Assembly: GCA_000165425.1 (NCBI GenBank)
Contig: CT868678.1
Location: 124,001 to 188,000 of the forward strand
Length of the DNA: 64,000 nucleotides
DNA from: Paramecium tetraurelia
Lineage: Eukaryota
Direction of reading: 5' to 3'
Of this stretch, positions 1 to 15,089 are shown piece by piece. Position 1 is the stretch's first letter, and each line of letters begins with the position of its first letter. The notes under the pieces are model-generated. The model had not been told where the DNA came from, searched no databases, and saw nothing but the letters and a program-made list of their open reading frames with translations. Both the position numbers and the translations under genes were made by a program.

Positions 1-3000
1 TTAAATAATTTCAATATTTTCTTGGCCGAAAAATCAATATTATCTATGTGATGTAACACAATATAATTGATTAATGTTTAACCAGTCTCTATATTTATCA
101 ATTCTCTAATGAAATTCATCAGTTCCTTATGATTACACAATTAATTCATAAATACTTTATACTACTGAGATTAAAGAAAAAATTCAATTATCAATTATTT
201 AGTTTCAAGATTGTAAAATGAAAAGTGAGATAATAATAAGTTTAACACCTCTTTTTCTAAATTCAACTCTTATTTTAACACCAAACTTGATAACTAATCT
301 AATTAACTATAAATATTATACATTAATTAGAACCTAAAATGTTTGCTACTGGCAAATAATATTGCTGGTTATTTCAAACAAAATATAATTGATTTTAATG
401 AATAAGGACTTAATAGCACTGTATTCTTTAGTTTTTTATTATTATTATGAATTCTTGGTTTGTTAAAGTTCTAACAATTTATATTCATAATTAATTTAGT
501 GAACTTGTACTTTTACTAAAATCTCCATTAATGGACCTAATAATTGATCATCTAATGTATTTTAATTGACCATCTCTATTATTACACCATAAACGAGTTT
601 GAATATGATTTATAAAATAGTATCATCGTTTTCCATCTTTAAGGCAAATTGACTCTACATCACATCTAAAAATGATTCCTTCTACACTGATTAATTTCCT
701 TATCTAATATCTGTTAATAACTCTAAAATTAAATTATTTTAAGGTTTTCTCACTGTAAAACCCAATATAACTACTAAATCGTTAATAGTTTTTAAAGTGA
801 GATGATTTAATAAAAGTAGAATTTCATTTTTTAATACTTATAATTTTTCTGTTGATGTATTTCTTTTATCTCTGATTGTCATTTGAATAGGCAGGATTTG
901 ATCGTTACTAAATTGCATTTAAAAAAAAGGGTTGTACATTATGTACAAAAATGCATTTTATTATCATCCTTCTTGTTTAGATATAGGTTTACTAATCTCC
1001 TTTACTCCTCTTCATAAGTTATTAATTAAACTTTACAAAATATAATACAAATTTCTGAACTTAATCCTTAAAATAGGTGAATAACTCTTCATTATTTTGT
1101 AGCTATTCAAATAGATAAGAATAGAGATATGATAGAATATCATATTAACAATATTACCAAAATTCGAATTCATGATATATACACATACAATCTTACTTTA
1201 GTATTTAAATTATTTAACATTATAACAAAGAATTATAGAAGTTGAGAATTTACTGTAATAGTTAAATTGAACATCCTTATGTTTTCATATGTACTGTCAA
1301 TAAGTAACCTAAGACTTTTATGCCTTTATATTAAGAATCAGATCTCAAGTAGTTTTATATTGAGTTATCATCCCCAAATTTTTGGATTATTGTATTAAGT
1401 AATTGCAAAACGCTAATTACACATTGAGGATGATTCAAAATATGCAATGGGAAAAAAAGGATATCCAAATTTCCATATGATTTCATAACATCAAGCAAAG
1501 TAGTGTTTTCTAAAAATAAGACATTTTTTGAATTCTAATTGGTAACTTCCATAGAATTTGAACTTATCCTCTATTAAAATAGTTTTCCCATAAACTTTGA
1601 TATTGTAGTTTATTTTTATCTTCTTCCTCTAAACATCAAATATTAACAATTCTCAATGAAGATTTAATTACTCTAATTCAAGAGTCCATCAAATTATATG
1701 TCTTACTTCTATGATTAGGTATTTAGGTATATCAAAATTCTACCTTTAATTTACATTCTGAGTAATTATGAAAATAAAATTGAATTATTCTATGATTTCT
1801 TTTCTAAAATATACATATCCTCAGCATTGATATTTTAATCTAAAATGTAAAGAAGTCTCATCTCTCCTCGGAAAGAATCACTCAATGATTTATAATCAGT
1901 CAGCTTTGCACCCACAGCAAAGAAATTTAAAACAGGAATTTGAAAATTGTCAAATTAATCTGCTTGCCTTGCCAAAACATCATTTCCATTGATATTTACT
2001 TAAAATGCTCTGCTCTAATTAAAATTTATGACAATAAAATTCTCCTGATACTTTAAAGTGTACTTAGCTGTTTTTATGATATTTTATTGTTTGTATCTAA
2101 TACCAAGTAATTAATTATCTTCAATAACAACTGAAAAGTTTATGTCTTAATTTCCCCAATTTAAGAGTGTTGATTATTTTAATTAACCTTTAAATTGCAA
2201 GATAATAGAGAATATATTATTTTGAGTTTCAAATTGCATCTAACCTTTTACTATTATACCACTGTCATGCCCAGTAAAATAATAATATTAATCATTTTAA
2301 ATCGAGATCACCTTGTTTAAACAATATAATAGTAGAGTAGAATTTTTTAAGAAAAGATCCTTGTCAGCAATTTGATCTTAAAAATACATTTATTATTAAT
2401 AGGACCCACATTCTATAGATGACAGTGGAACACCCAAGATAGAGGCAATCTTTCTATATTAGGTTAGCTTTTATTTTTCTTCAATATATGGTATCATAAT
2501 CAAAGATTAGTATGGTGACATAAATTAAGCAATTGCTTATAAATACTACAATGAAAATCTCACTTTAATACAATTTATTAAGATTTAGATGATTAACTCT
2601 TAAAATTCACTTTCAATCCTTAAGAAGAAGATAAGTCTTTCTACTAATTAGCACTTCATAATGATTAGTACATTTTCGAGATTTTTAGTCAATAATAATA
2701 ATTATTACAAATAATATTATTTCTAAGCAACCTCAACGTTTTATTCAAATAGTAAAATCGTCAACAGTTCTAAGAAATAGGGTACTTGATTTTATATATA
2801 CTAAATATCTTAACTTTCTTCAAAAAGCCCATTAAAAATATTAAATAGTAGTTTAAAAATAGTCTAACAGTTCTCTCGTGTTATACATTATTTAATATAA
2901 GCCAACAATTGTTTATTTTCAAGTTCCTCTTATCTAATATCTCTATCAGTCCAAATACATATTGTGGTTACCTTCAGGGCCTCAATCAAATGGTCATAAT

Positions 3001-4211
3001 TATATTTAAATTGAATTAGATCAAATATATTAAGACATTTGAAATTTTTCAATTTAAATTCTTAAATAGGATTGGTTGTTAAGTGTGGAATTGCTCCATC
3101 AATATGTAAAATCCAAATTGCTTTTAGTGAATTTATAGAATTATATTATGCTAACTGTTTTATAACTTTCTAAATTAAAGATATTGATTCATACTTGTTA
3201 ATTCACTAAGTAGTTGAAGTTATGCATTAACCCATTGAGAATAGACTCATCATCAAAAATATCCAAAGAATCTATATTTTCATAAAATTGTGGGTTTTTG
3301 TTATAGACTTTTAATTTGATTTCATGATCAAAAGATTAAACTCCATCTAAAAATTTAAAAACTTCAACATCTACTATATAATCTTATTTAAGTGCTGTTT
3401 CCATAAACTATTTTCTTATTTAAGTTTGTTATTCTTAAGTTAAATTCGATTTCAAATGTTTTATAACGATTCCCAATAACCCAAGTTGAATCAAACAAAA
3501 TACATATAGTTCTAAGCAATCTTTATGTGGGGAAAATACTAATTTCTTGAGAATTTCTTCTAATTTTGTTGGATATTGAATAGGAATGGTTTAAGGGGAT
3601 ATTGGACAAGGAACATTCTCTAAATCTAGCATTCTTACGTAAATGGAAATTTGAATTATTTAATAATATGGATGTTAGATGTTTGTTGGCATCAACTTAT
3701 AAAAGGTTCTGATGTCTTAAAGTGTCCATACAAAGTCTTCATTAAAAGATTATTCATGTTTTTCTAATAATTCTATATTTTATTTAATAAAGTAGTTAAT
3801 AAATATTTGAGGTACTGATGGGTGGATAGATTTCCTTAAATATTCTAGGATCTTGGGAGATAATTAAACCCAGCCTTCCAAGTTATACTTATACAACAGT
3901 GTGATCATTTCAACATTCATTATTTATTGACAAATCTATGTTAATGCTGATTATTCACATTCTGCCATCTCAGCTTCATCTGATTCTTATACTATTTTTA
4001 AGAATCTATTTATGATATTTTTATCCAATTTATGTCTGCTCATTATTAAGTAAATTCCACTAATCCAAGTTGATCTTGATTTGAGTTGATCCAAAATAAA
4101 TAGTGCATTTTCAAATTGTTACCCCTCTATTGCATCATATAATTTTTATTGATTTGACTTTAGGCTATTTCTAATCATCTCAACATGATAATTAGGTACT
4201 AATTATAACAT
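1..4211 (-). CDS. Large hypothetical protein (3' end probably beyond window start)
   Basis: ATG at 4211 reads MLQLVPNYHVEMIRNSLKSNQQKLYDAIEG... and stays open for hundreds of codons with TAA/TAG=Gln. No recognisable domain. The lower part was not verified codon by codon and could be more than one gene. Confidence 0.55.
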
Positions 4212-5218
4212 TTATTATATTATGTTAAATTATATTAAGCAAAGTTTGATTAATTCATATATTTTCAGTTCATTCTAGTACTATATGTGTTGAAATTTGA
4301 TACTTATTATCAGCTAATTATTCAACAAAATCTATAAAACTTAAATAAGTAATATAATTCTTTGTATTTAAGACTTTATCTACTTAATTTTTATTTTTAC
4401 ATAAATTTAGCTGAATAAAAAATTTTAATTAGAATGCTTTAAATTTACATTAATTAAAATATTATAAGAAATCAAAACTTTTAATTTATCATTAATTGCG
4501 TTACCATTTATAAATACGAATTTAAAAATCAATCACTAATGTATTCATATCTAAGGATTTATTTTCTTAATTATCTAATGTAATATTAAAAGAGACCTAT
4601 CGTGGTTTCATAGCTCTATAAGTTTCATTTAGAAAAAAAAATTTATTCTTACTTTTAAATCTGTAAATTACTAATAACAATTGAGGAATTTTTTGATCTA
4701 TTCTTTAAAGTTTTACTTTATCTTACCTTATATAATTAATTAAAAAATTTAAAAGTTAATATTCTTATTTCTTGATTAAGATGCTGAATAATGTACTCAA
4801 TTAAAACAAAAAATCTTATTTCATGTTTCTCCAAAAATACTTAAATGAATTTATAAACTTTGTTATTCTTCTTCCCAACTTCCTTTATTTAAAAAGTTGA
4901 AAATGCTATTTCTAAATAAGGAGGCAATCAAAAATGGCTTATATTTGAATATTCGCAATTAATCTCTAAACATAATGAAAAAGTAAATAAATTATTTTAT
5001 TGTTTTAAAAGGCCATTTCATTATAAGACCTATCCTCCAAAACTTGAAAAATTTAATTTTAATTAGTTCAATGAAATAACTTATAAAATCCTAAGCCAGA
5101 AAAGCTGTAGTAATAAAATTAATTTATTTTAGAAATTATTCAATTTTTATAAAATAATTCAATTTAAATTTATCATACTTATATAATTAATATAAGAATT
5201 TCTAAAACTCTAAAAATA

Positions 5219-8200
5219 ATGAATTAGAATGCGCTTTTAATTCTGCTTACAGTGTCTTGTCTTCTTCAGGGTAAGTAAATGTGTTATAATCAAAGGTGGT
5301 TTTGGGTGTCCTGCAGGGACTTGGGGAATAAGCCCTTGTTTACCATGTATGAGTGAGTGTGCCACTTGTAGTATTGCTACACAATGTAATTCTTGCAAGC
5401 CTGGATACTACTATGTATCATCTGGGTTTGGGCAATGTCCTGATTGTTCATCTACGTGTAAAACTTGCACCTCCTCAAGTACTCATTGCACAAGCTGTAA
5501 CGATGGTTACTATTTATCTGGAACAAACTGTCCAGCATGCTTAAGCCCGTGCTCATTATGCGTAACAACTAACAGTAATTGTCTTGGTTGCGTTTCTGGC
5601 TATTATATTTCAGGATCAACCTGCGTAACATGTTCAAAACCGTGTGCTGAATGTACTACCTCACCCTCTAATTGTACAGTGTGCGTAGATTCAGCTAATT
5701 AAGCAATTCCTAGTTGTGATTGCACTCAACCTACCAAATATTTAGATACAACTACATATATGTGTAATAATTGCGTTTCCCCTTGTCTTAATTGTAGTAC
5801 AGCATCTTTGTGTGATAGCTGTGTTAATGGATATGTAATATCTGGACACGCTTGTCTACCTTGCACCAAGCCTTGCGCAAACTGCACAATTAATTAAACC
5901 AATTGTTAGACTTGCGTTGATTCAGCTAACTAAACACCTCCCAGTTGTAGTTGTAACAGTGGCTTTATAATGAACTTGTCAACCTTTATGTGTGACCAAT
6001 GTATTCATCCATGCTTAACATGTCAAAATTCAGTGAGTGAATGCCATAGTTGTGCTTCAACATATTAATATGATTCAACAGCCCATACTTGTACTTGCTT
6101 AACCAATTAATATGAAGACAGTGGATCACCTAAAACTTGTTAAAACTGTTAATCGCCATGTTTGACATGTTCAAGCAATGTTAATTGCAATTCATGTATA
6201 AGTGGAATAAATAGACATTAATCAGGAAGTAGTTGTATTTGTGATGATGGTTATTATGATAATGGTGGAGTATGTACCTTATGTTCATTACCTTGTACAA
6301 AATGCACTTCACCAACAGTTTGTACAGAATGCTATTAAATATCCTATTAAGTGTTAAGTGATTGTCATTGCATGAATACTTACTATATGGATGCTACATT
6401 TACCTGTTAATCATGTATTAGTCCGTGTCTTAACTGTTCAAGTAATAGTGTTTGCACATCTTGCATTGATAATTACTATTTAGACACTACTAACTGCGTT
6501 TAATGTACATTACCATGTTTCAATTGTGTTGACATAGATACTAAATGTACATCATGTGCACACCCTCAATAAACAGTTTAAAGTAATTAATGTGTATGTG
6601 ATGATGGATATTATATGGATGCTTCTTATTATTGTTAATTATGTACTCATCCTTGTTCTAAATGTACAAATACAAGTACATAATGTACAGATTGTGCTAG
6701 TACATTTATATCAAGTGGATCAAATAGTTGTATTTGTGCTGATGGAAAATATGAAGAAACAACAAATTCGCCTAGTGATTGTTAAACTTGTACTTCACCA
6801 TGTGTTAAATGTGAAATAACATCTACTCATTGTTTAACATGTATTGATACTAATTAAAGTGTTGATCCATCATCATATTAATGTATATGTAATATAGGTT
6901 GGGTTGCAAATGGAAACTATTGTGATTAATGTTTATCACCTTGTACATCATGTTCAGGAACAACAACTTATTGTACAGCTTGCAAAGATGCTCATCATTA
7001 AATAGTAAGTGGATAATGCATATGTGAATCAGGATGGGTAAATGATGCAAATTATGATTGTTAACCATGTGTATCCCCTTGTAGTTCATGTTCAATTAAT
7101 ACAACTCATTGTGATTCATGTTTAGATATACATCATATTATTAATGCTAGTTATTAATGCATTTGTTAAGATACATATTATTCAGATACTATATCACATT
7201 GTGAACCATGTGTATTACCTTGTGCAAATTGTGATATAAATGGATGTCTAACTTGTATAGATACCAATTAATATATTGATTCTAATTTAGATTGCATTTG
7301 TAATAATGGTTATTATATGGATACAGTTAATTGTTCACTATGTTAATTACCTTGTGTATATTGTACAACACTTTTAGATTGCTTAACTTGTATTGATGCT
7401 AATTAAAGTATTGTAGGTGATAGATGTGTATGTAATGATGGTTATTATGCAAGTGGAAATTATTGTAATTAATGTTAACTACCATGTACTAAATGTGTAA
7501 CTACATAAAATACTTGTACGCAATGTGTAGATCCTAATCATTTACTCATTAATAATAATTGCGTTTGTAAACCTGGATATGGATAATCTGGATTGAATGG
7601 TAATTATTGTTCTATGTGTTAATATCCATGTTTAGAATGTTCAATTAATGTAAATACTTGTACTAAATGCATTGATTCCAGCTTATTCAAACTAGAAAAT
7701 AATCAGTGTTTATGTCAAGAAGGATATTATAAAGATGAGAATTAATGTTTAAGATGTGCTCCATAATGCAAGAGTTGTGAATAATTTTAAGATTATTGTT
7801 TAGCTTGCAAAGACGTTACCTTTATTCAAATTAATAATTAATGTTTTTGCGATTATGGATATTTTTTAAATTCAGCCTTTTAATGTAAACCCTGTAATTC
7901 ACCTTGTACAACTTGCTAATACAATAATAATTTCTGTACTTCCTGCATAAAAGAGTATTAATATTTAATAAATAACACCTGTGTTTGTTAAGATGGATAT
8001 TATATGTAGAATTATGAATGCTCGTTATGCTATTATACCTGCACTAAATGTTTTAGCTTTAATATTTGTAATGCTTGCGTAGATGGATATTATCTTAATA
8101 ATGATATTTGTACTTAGTGTGATACTTAATGCTTAACTTGTATTGATCATGATGAATGTTTAGCATGTTCAGATGGATACTATATGGTTTAAACCCATAA

Positions 8201-10940
8201 ATGTACTTCATGTATAAGTAATTGTAAAGAATGCGATAATTCATATACTTGTATTACATGTTTTGATGGTTATTTTTTATATGATGAATAATGTGTAAAA
8301 TGTGATGATAATTGTCATACTTGCGTTGATGAATATTAGAAATGTCTAAGTTGTAATGATAATTTTTTATTAATTGATAATAAATGCATCTGCCAAGAGG
8401 GTTATTATTATTAGAATTATGAATGTTTAAAATGCTAATATCCTTGTAAAATATGTGAACAAGAATTTAAATGCAATGAATGCCTTTCATTATCAAATAT
8501 TATATTAAGTGATTAAAATATGTGTGTATGTAAAGATGGATATTTTTGGTTAGATAATGGATGCTAATAATGTGATGAAACTTGCTAAACTTGTTTTTTA
8601 AAAAGTTAAAATTGCTTAAGTTGTTAGCCCTAATCTAATAGAGTTTTATTTAACAATAAATGTTAATGTTAAAATGGCTATTACTTAAATGAATTTAATT
8701 TATGTTAAACTTGTAACTCTGAAGAAGGGAAAATAATTAAATCTTGCAAGTATAAGAATTGCCCTGATTCTTAATGGACATACGGAGAAGAATGTGACGA
8801 TGGAAATGATACTAATAGAGATGGTTGCTCTAATTGCATTATTGATAAATATTATTCATGCGTGAATACTATACTTTAACAGTCAATTTGCTTTAAATGC
8901 CCTTAATATTGTGAACTCTGCAATGAAGATGATCTCAATTAACTGGTTTGCAAAAAATGTTAATCAGGCTATTTTGTAGATGCCAACTCGTGTAATAAAT
9001 GCAATGATAAGTGTAAAGAGTGTGCTGATTCATCATCAAATTGTTTATCATGCAGATTCGTTTAAAATGATTAGAAACAATGTAAATTGTGTGAGTCGAT
9101 GGATGGATATTATACAGATTATAAAAACAATTTATGTTATAGCAAATGTGGTGATGGGATTAAATCCAAGGATGAAGAATGTGACGATGGAAATATATTA
9201 GATTTTGATGGTTGCAACTAAAATTGTAGAAAGGAATAAAATTATATTTGTTAGATGGGAATATGTTTGAGTACTTCAAATATTCCAGTTCCAAAATTAT
9301 AGGCTATAGGAGATACCTCACTTTACAATCCCTAAAGGTTATTTTAGCTCACTTATAATCTTGATCTCGATTTGCCAGATAATTTTAATCTATCTTAATT
9401 CATACAATTAGAACTCTATAATGGTTTTGAATTCAAAAATATCAATTATGAATATTCGATTACATAATAATTGGAAATCCAAAATTCAAATAAGACATAA
9501 CTGTCAGCCATTATTAAATTAACTCTGAATAGAACATCCTCACAAGAGTCCTTGTAAATAGTGTATAACAATCTGACATCATTTTCTTCAGATGGTTAAA
9601 TATAATAGATTTCATATCTAACATAAGAAATTAAGAAATATACCCTAATTGATTAATAATTGATCGAAGAAGTAGGATTAGTTAATTCAGGAAACTATTA
9701 TATTCTGTATATATTAGCTGGATTTGCCGGAGGATCAATTCTATTTGGAGGAGTTGATATTTTTTATAATCTTCTTGATACACTCTAGATGTTGTCCTAT
9801 CTTAAATACATTAACACTTAATTCCCATATAATTTAGAGTAATTTTTTGATTTGTTTGGGTTTGCTTAATTGAGCTTCATTTCAAAGTACTTTGATATTG
9901 AAGGTCTTATTGATCCTTACATTGATTTTTAAAGATTGAAATCCATTCCTAAGAAAATCTCTGATGATGGTTACAGTTCCTTGTTTATAATAAATGGTAC
10001 ATCTTTATTAACCATTTGGCTATCATTCCTTTTCGTTTTTGCTATAGCAATAATGGTTCTACCTATTTTAAGATAGTTTTAGATGAAATATTTTTCAGAC
10101 ACACCAGAAAAGGATAAATGGGTTTTGAGAATTAAATTATATTTATTATCAATTAAGATATTTATTGGAGAACTTTGCTACATAATCATATCTGAGTTTA
10201 TTTTTAGTGGAATGATAAGGACTCATATTTCAACAGCATATGATTATTCATTTTCAATGATTCTATAGATTTCAGCCTTAGAACTAAGATCTTAAGATTA
10301 ATTAGCTTAAGTGAGTTCTGTGTTGTCATTATTAGCTTTGGCTGTTTATTTATTAGTAATCTATGCAATAACCTATATATCTCAATTAAGTAATTACTCT
10401 ATTACTTAACAAAACAATAAATAGCGTTACGGCTCTGTTTTTGAGGGTTTAAACTTAATTGGCTTTTGTAGATATACTAACGCTATAATCCTATTGAAAA
10501 AACTACTTTTTATGTTCCTGCTAATTTTTACATACCACGACCCTCTATTCCAATCGATAAATTTAGCTTTTCTTTCTTTGATTTAAAGTTTATTAATATT
10601 TTATTTCAAACCTTTTGAAGATCAGAATGAATATAAAAAACAGTTTTCATGTGAAGTTAATATTTCCATAACGTTATTTCTTATATCAATTTTGATAATT
10701 GATTAAGATTTGCATTATAATTTTTTTACAGAAGAAGACAAAATCAATTTAGGTTGGTGCTGTATTATTTGTATAAGTTGTATTTTGATCATTTAATTAG
10801 TTATTGATATTTATTAGTAATGGAGATTATTGATAAAAAAATATCGATAAATAAAACGTTTGATCGAAAAAATTAACAAATTATTCTTTTCCTAATCTGA
10901 AAGTCATGTATCCCATACGCCTCTTAGCGTGGTGCACTGA
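5219..10940 (+). CDS. Cysteine-rich surface/membrane protein: signal peptide, long furin-like CxxCxxC repeat array, two 'EECDDGN' repeats, C-terminal multi-TM domain
   Basis: Signal peptide MNQNALLILLTVSCLLQG, then a 25-nt intron 5271-5295 (gtaag..aag). Dozens of C-x2-C-x3-C-x2-C..C-x-C-x2-GYY units follow, with GEECDDGN at ~8785 and DEECDDGN at ~9170. Hydrophobic helices run from ~9700 to 10830. TGA at 10938-10940. Confidence 0.9.
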
Positions 10941-11362
10941 GTTAAGGGATTAGGGAAAATTTGATATAATGTAACAAATTATATAATAAATTTAAAATAA
11001 ATAAAAAATACCCAAAATATTTTAATCTAATTAATATTAACCAATGAGATTTTTGTAAGAAATTAAAAAATTGTTGATAGGTGTACTAAGAATAGAAATA
11101 AATTCTTTTGAATAAAAATGTTTAGTACATAATCATTCTTATTTGAGATAAATTTCTTAATAATTTTAATCTTTGGTTCCTTCTTTATTTATTCTCTCAA
11201 AAAAGCTGATTTATATTAAATTATCACTTTAGAAATAGTATGCACTTTTTATTCAATTTTATTGCCTTTATCCATTGTGAAAAAGTAAATAATAGACTTT
11301 AAAATAACCTGATTTAATTTTATTATATCAAATATATTTACTATAATTTAATTAAAGAAAAA

Positions 11363-12555
11363 TCATTTAAGTTTGAGTAATCTCTAGATGGCTTCGTTTG
11401 TTTTCAAAGTTTCCGATATAATTTTATGAGGACCTGATTTATTGTTTGAGATCGCAGGGTTTTGAGAATTTGCACCTGCTGTTTTCGAACTATTGCCTTA
11501 ACTTTTATTTCTTTAGGCAGACTTCTATTGTTAGGCATTGCAAATATCAGAAATTACATTTAAGGTGTTCCTTATCCTTTTAGTATTGTTGCCAAATCCT
11601 CCTTTAAGTAAATATTGACTCGCCTAAATTACCTAAGATCTCTAAGTGATAGATTGAGCATGTTGTTTAAGGAGTTTGTTATATTTTACAAATAAATCTT
11701 ATTCTTATGTGCTACGATGTTGAATTTAGTTGTTAAATTTGCCACCTTTATGATGTTGGGATTACGACTTCAGAGGTGTAGAAAGTCTCATGGAATTCTA
11801 GGGGTATAGATTTGCAATCGAACCAGGATATTCGTTACTGTAATCAGCTCTTCTTAATTTGTGGTCTGAATGACAAAACTAATAAATTTATCTCAAATTA
11901 CTTTTTATCTTTCATTCTACCGTTGACTTCACTATCTGTATGTACAATGTGTTAGTGATCTACAGATTCTCGTAATTATTGATTCTCCTTTATTAACTAT
12001 CGATGGCTCTCTGTGGATTTTCCGAGATCCTTTTTTAAGTCCTAAATTTTATAATGTTAAGATTTACATAAATTTTTTTATTTAATTATTCTATTGTTTC
12101 ATTTTGGGACTTTTCTAGGTCTTCTATCTTCTACAACAAACTGTCATTATAAAGTTTAAGCTATTATTCGATCTAAAAGAACTAATCAAACTCATGTTAC
12201 GCTAATGTGTCCTCTGATCTCGGCTTCATATTTTTATATAATCTATTCTAATTTATCATACTCCTCTTCTGCATGATAGCTTCGATTAGAACTATTATCA
12301 TTAGGATTAAGTTTCAGAAGGGAGATTTTTTTCTCGACTTTCTTCATCAAAGTCTTGAATACATTGGCTATGATTTTAACTAGTCCTGGTAATGTATCAT
12401 AATCTTTTAATTGATTTTCAATTAATTTCAAGTCACTCTAACCCTCCAAATAGCCTTCCAAGCAGAATAATACCTTTTTGTAATCTTAATTTGCTTACAT
12501 CTTCAAGTAAGGCTTTCAGCGGAGCTTCTATCAGGGACTCATTGATTTCACTCAT
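11363..12555 (-). CDS. Hypothetical protein with coiled-coil and S/T/N-rich tail
   Basis: MSEINESLIEAPLKALLEDVSKLRLQKG... one intron ... YDTLPGLVKIIANVFK ... AIQRLLKLK* in table 6. Confidence 0.7.
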
Positions 12556-12795
12556 TCAAATAGAAATTCAGTTATTTATTTAATAAATGATTATATGCGC
12601 TAAACTATTTAGGATTCTTTCAGAGAAGTATCTAAATAGAATGGATGAAGGGAGTCTAAAATAATTTCTACAGCTTTAATAAAAAGATTGTAGTGTATAG
12701 AAATCTAGTTCACTGCGTGATGCAGAAGAGAATAAGAGCTAAGAGAAATAAATAAGAAATAAACTTAATCAAATTTAATATAATTATTTATTAAA

Positions 12796-13107
12796 ATGGC
12801 TATGGATAATGCTAAATTTGAATAATTGAGCAAGAATTTCCCTTCATCTTTGAAATTCAGATTAAATCCAGTATACTATGGTGCTAGAGTAGGAATTCAA
12901 GCTTACTTGGGTTTGTTGGTGGGAGGAAGTCTTTTGATATACTTAAATACTTTCAATGGCATAACATTCCCATATTTATATAAAAAAGTAAATTTTTGAG
13001 AAATGAGCAATTAGCAAAAAGTAGAATATTCAGCAGTGCCTGACTTTTATTCTAAACAAGTGTTATTGTACCAAAGAACAGTTCCGAATACTGTAACATA
13101 ATTATGA
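12796..13107 (+). CDS. Small single-TM hypothetical protein (~94 aa)
   Basis: MAMDNAKFEQLSKNFPSSLKFRLNPVYYGARVGIQAYLGLLVGGSLLIYLNTF..., 27-nt intron 12988-13014, ends ...TVPNTVTQL*. Confidence 0.75.
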
Positions 13108-13145
13108 GAATAATTACATAAATAAATAAGATATGCAATATAATT

Positions 13146-13989
13146 TCAGTCTTGCATTTCTGAGTCCAATTCATCAATTTCAGAATCTTCTATTACTTCT
13201 TGCTTTTTAATTTCCTCATGATTCTAGGGTTTAGTGATTTAACTTTATAATTTCAGCAAATTAGCAGGTGCAATCAAATCACTATCCATTAAGACAGTTG
13301 CAATGTAGATATCATTGTTTTCCCAAAGATACTATCTATATTCCACCAATTGTAAATTCAACAACAAAAAAATCATGTAGAGTATCATAAACAGCCAATA
13401 CAATGGGATGACATAGAATTTGTAATACAATTCCTAAACCAATAAGAATGTTGTCAAAAAACTGATTGTCACAATGTGATTAATGTAATATTTTACTTAC
13501 AAATCGTTATGTCCTTTAATAATGTCTCTTGTCTTGAGGAAACAATAAATGCTTAAATAGGTCACACTCATTACAATAAAGAAGGACTAAGAATTGTTGT
13601 TTTCATACCTCAAAAATTTTGATTCTGCTTAGGCAAAGAAGGATATAGAGTTTAGTAATCAAATGGATGGAAAAGATCACATACTTGAGAGGTTTCTAGA
13701 TTATAGTGATTACATTCATACATTTGAAAAGGATTGTGAGCAAAATTAGACGGAAATCAAAGTCAAAATGTAAAGAGTGACTATACTCAGTCGAATTTAA
13801 GCCTTGATGAAATCTAGATTCTGTTTAATAGTAAAACATTACAATAAATTTGCAGAGTAAAATCGGTATTGAAATAGTGCAAAGTTGTATTAGAAGAGCT
13901 GACTCCTAGATTTCTTGAATTTTCACTTTGACCTTGAGTTAATCTATGTATTATTAGTCAGGCAAGACATCTATTTCTTATAGTGACAT
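13146..13989 (-). CDS. Multi-pass membrane protein, possibly divergent TMBIM/Bax inhibitor-1 family
   Basis: About 6-7 hydrophobic segments and three short introns. Motifs LLIQLCTI, KPLKYVIFSIHL and LNLQLVEYRQYLWENNDIYIATVLMDSDL loosely resemble the BI-1/LFG pattern. Acidic C-tail. Confidence 0.5.
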
Positions 13990-14017
13990 TTCTTTTTATT
14001 TATATTTTTATTTTAAA

Positions 14018-15007
14018 ATGAGCGACGAAAAGGAAAAGCTCAAAAAAAAAATACTACATGACACAGAATAGCTAGCCAAGGGTTAAAGATTTGCCTTGTT
14101 CTCTTCTCCAGTCCCCTTGGGTTTAGGAGACGACAGTTACGATTTCAAAAAGAGACGTACCTATTTTCTTAAATACCATAGCTCCTAGAGGGGAGAATGG
14201 CAAACCGATTACTCAACCTACCAATATGAAAATTGGAGCCCCTAAAGGCGGGAAGATAAGAAGCTCGTATTTTAGTTAGGTTTCTTTTACTTCTATTGGC
14301 GATCCTTATATGGATCCAGAAAGAAAGGATTTGCAATATGAATTGGAAAAAACAAAGAAGATACTATTTAAAGATCAGCCGTTTAGACCTGCATCAGGTT
14401 ATAAGGAATTATTAGGAGGGCCTTGGCCACATATGAAAGATTTTGATATGAAGAAGACTAGAAACTATAAAACTGCTGATGGACGAGTTTGGTCAGCTCC
14501 TCGCAATATCACAACAAATCCTGCTAATAAGGAATTATCAAAGGGATATCCGCATCAAAAGGATGAATACGATAGGTTTCATTAATATCAATTGGTAACG
14601 AATCCTTTATTCTATGATAGAAATTATAAATGGAAGCAAAAAGAAGGGAAAAAGAAGTTGCTTTCAGAACAACAGTAGCAGGAGGGGAGAATTTCAATAA
14701 AGACAAATAAGTATTTGGATCGGATGGAAAAGCTCCTCCTCCAAATAAAGAGAAGCCTCATGATATGCACATAATGAAACATGAATAAAATTTCAAGCCT
14801 TCAAACCCAGGTAAGAAGGGCATTGAAGGAGAATTTGAATAAATTACTTATAAACCAGATCCACTGAAACCCATGAAAAGAAAGGAATGGCCTAAAGGAA
14901 AAGAATAATTCAGACCCAACCATTTAGTCGTAATGTCAAGGCCAACTCCATCAATTACGTGTTTTAAATAGAACATTAGAAGAGTAATGAGTGCGAAAGG
15001 ATTCTGA
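14018..15007 (+). CDS. CFAP96: CFAP96/C4orf47 (UPF0602)-like ciliary protein
   Basis: RFALFSSPVPLGLGDDSY, SYFSQVSFTSIGDPY, APRNITTNP, FKPSNPGKKG..YKPDP and RPTPSI match the family pattern. Two short introns. Confidence 0.75.
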
Positions 15008-15089
15008 GAATATATAATCATATTATAACTATTGATTTAAAAAGTATTCTAGAAAAATAGAATATTGCATTATACACCTAAATCAATGA

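Noticed and set aside
12588..12830. Short plus-strand ORF MIICAKLFRILSEKY...
   Set aside because: No recognisable motif, and it overlaps the next gene. With TGA as the only stop, such ORFs arise by chance. It cannot be excluded without RNA data.
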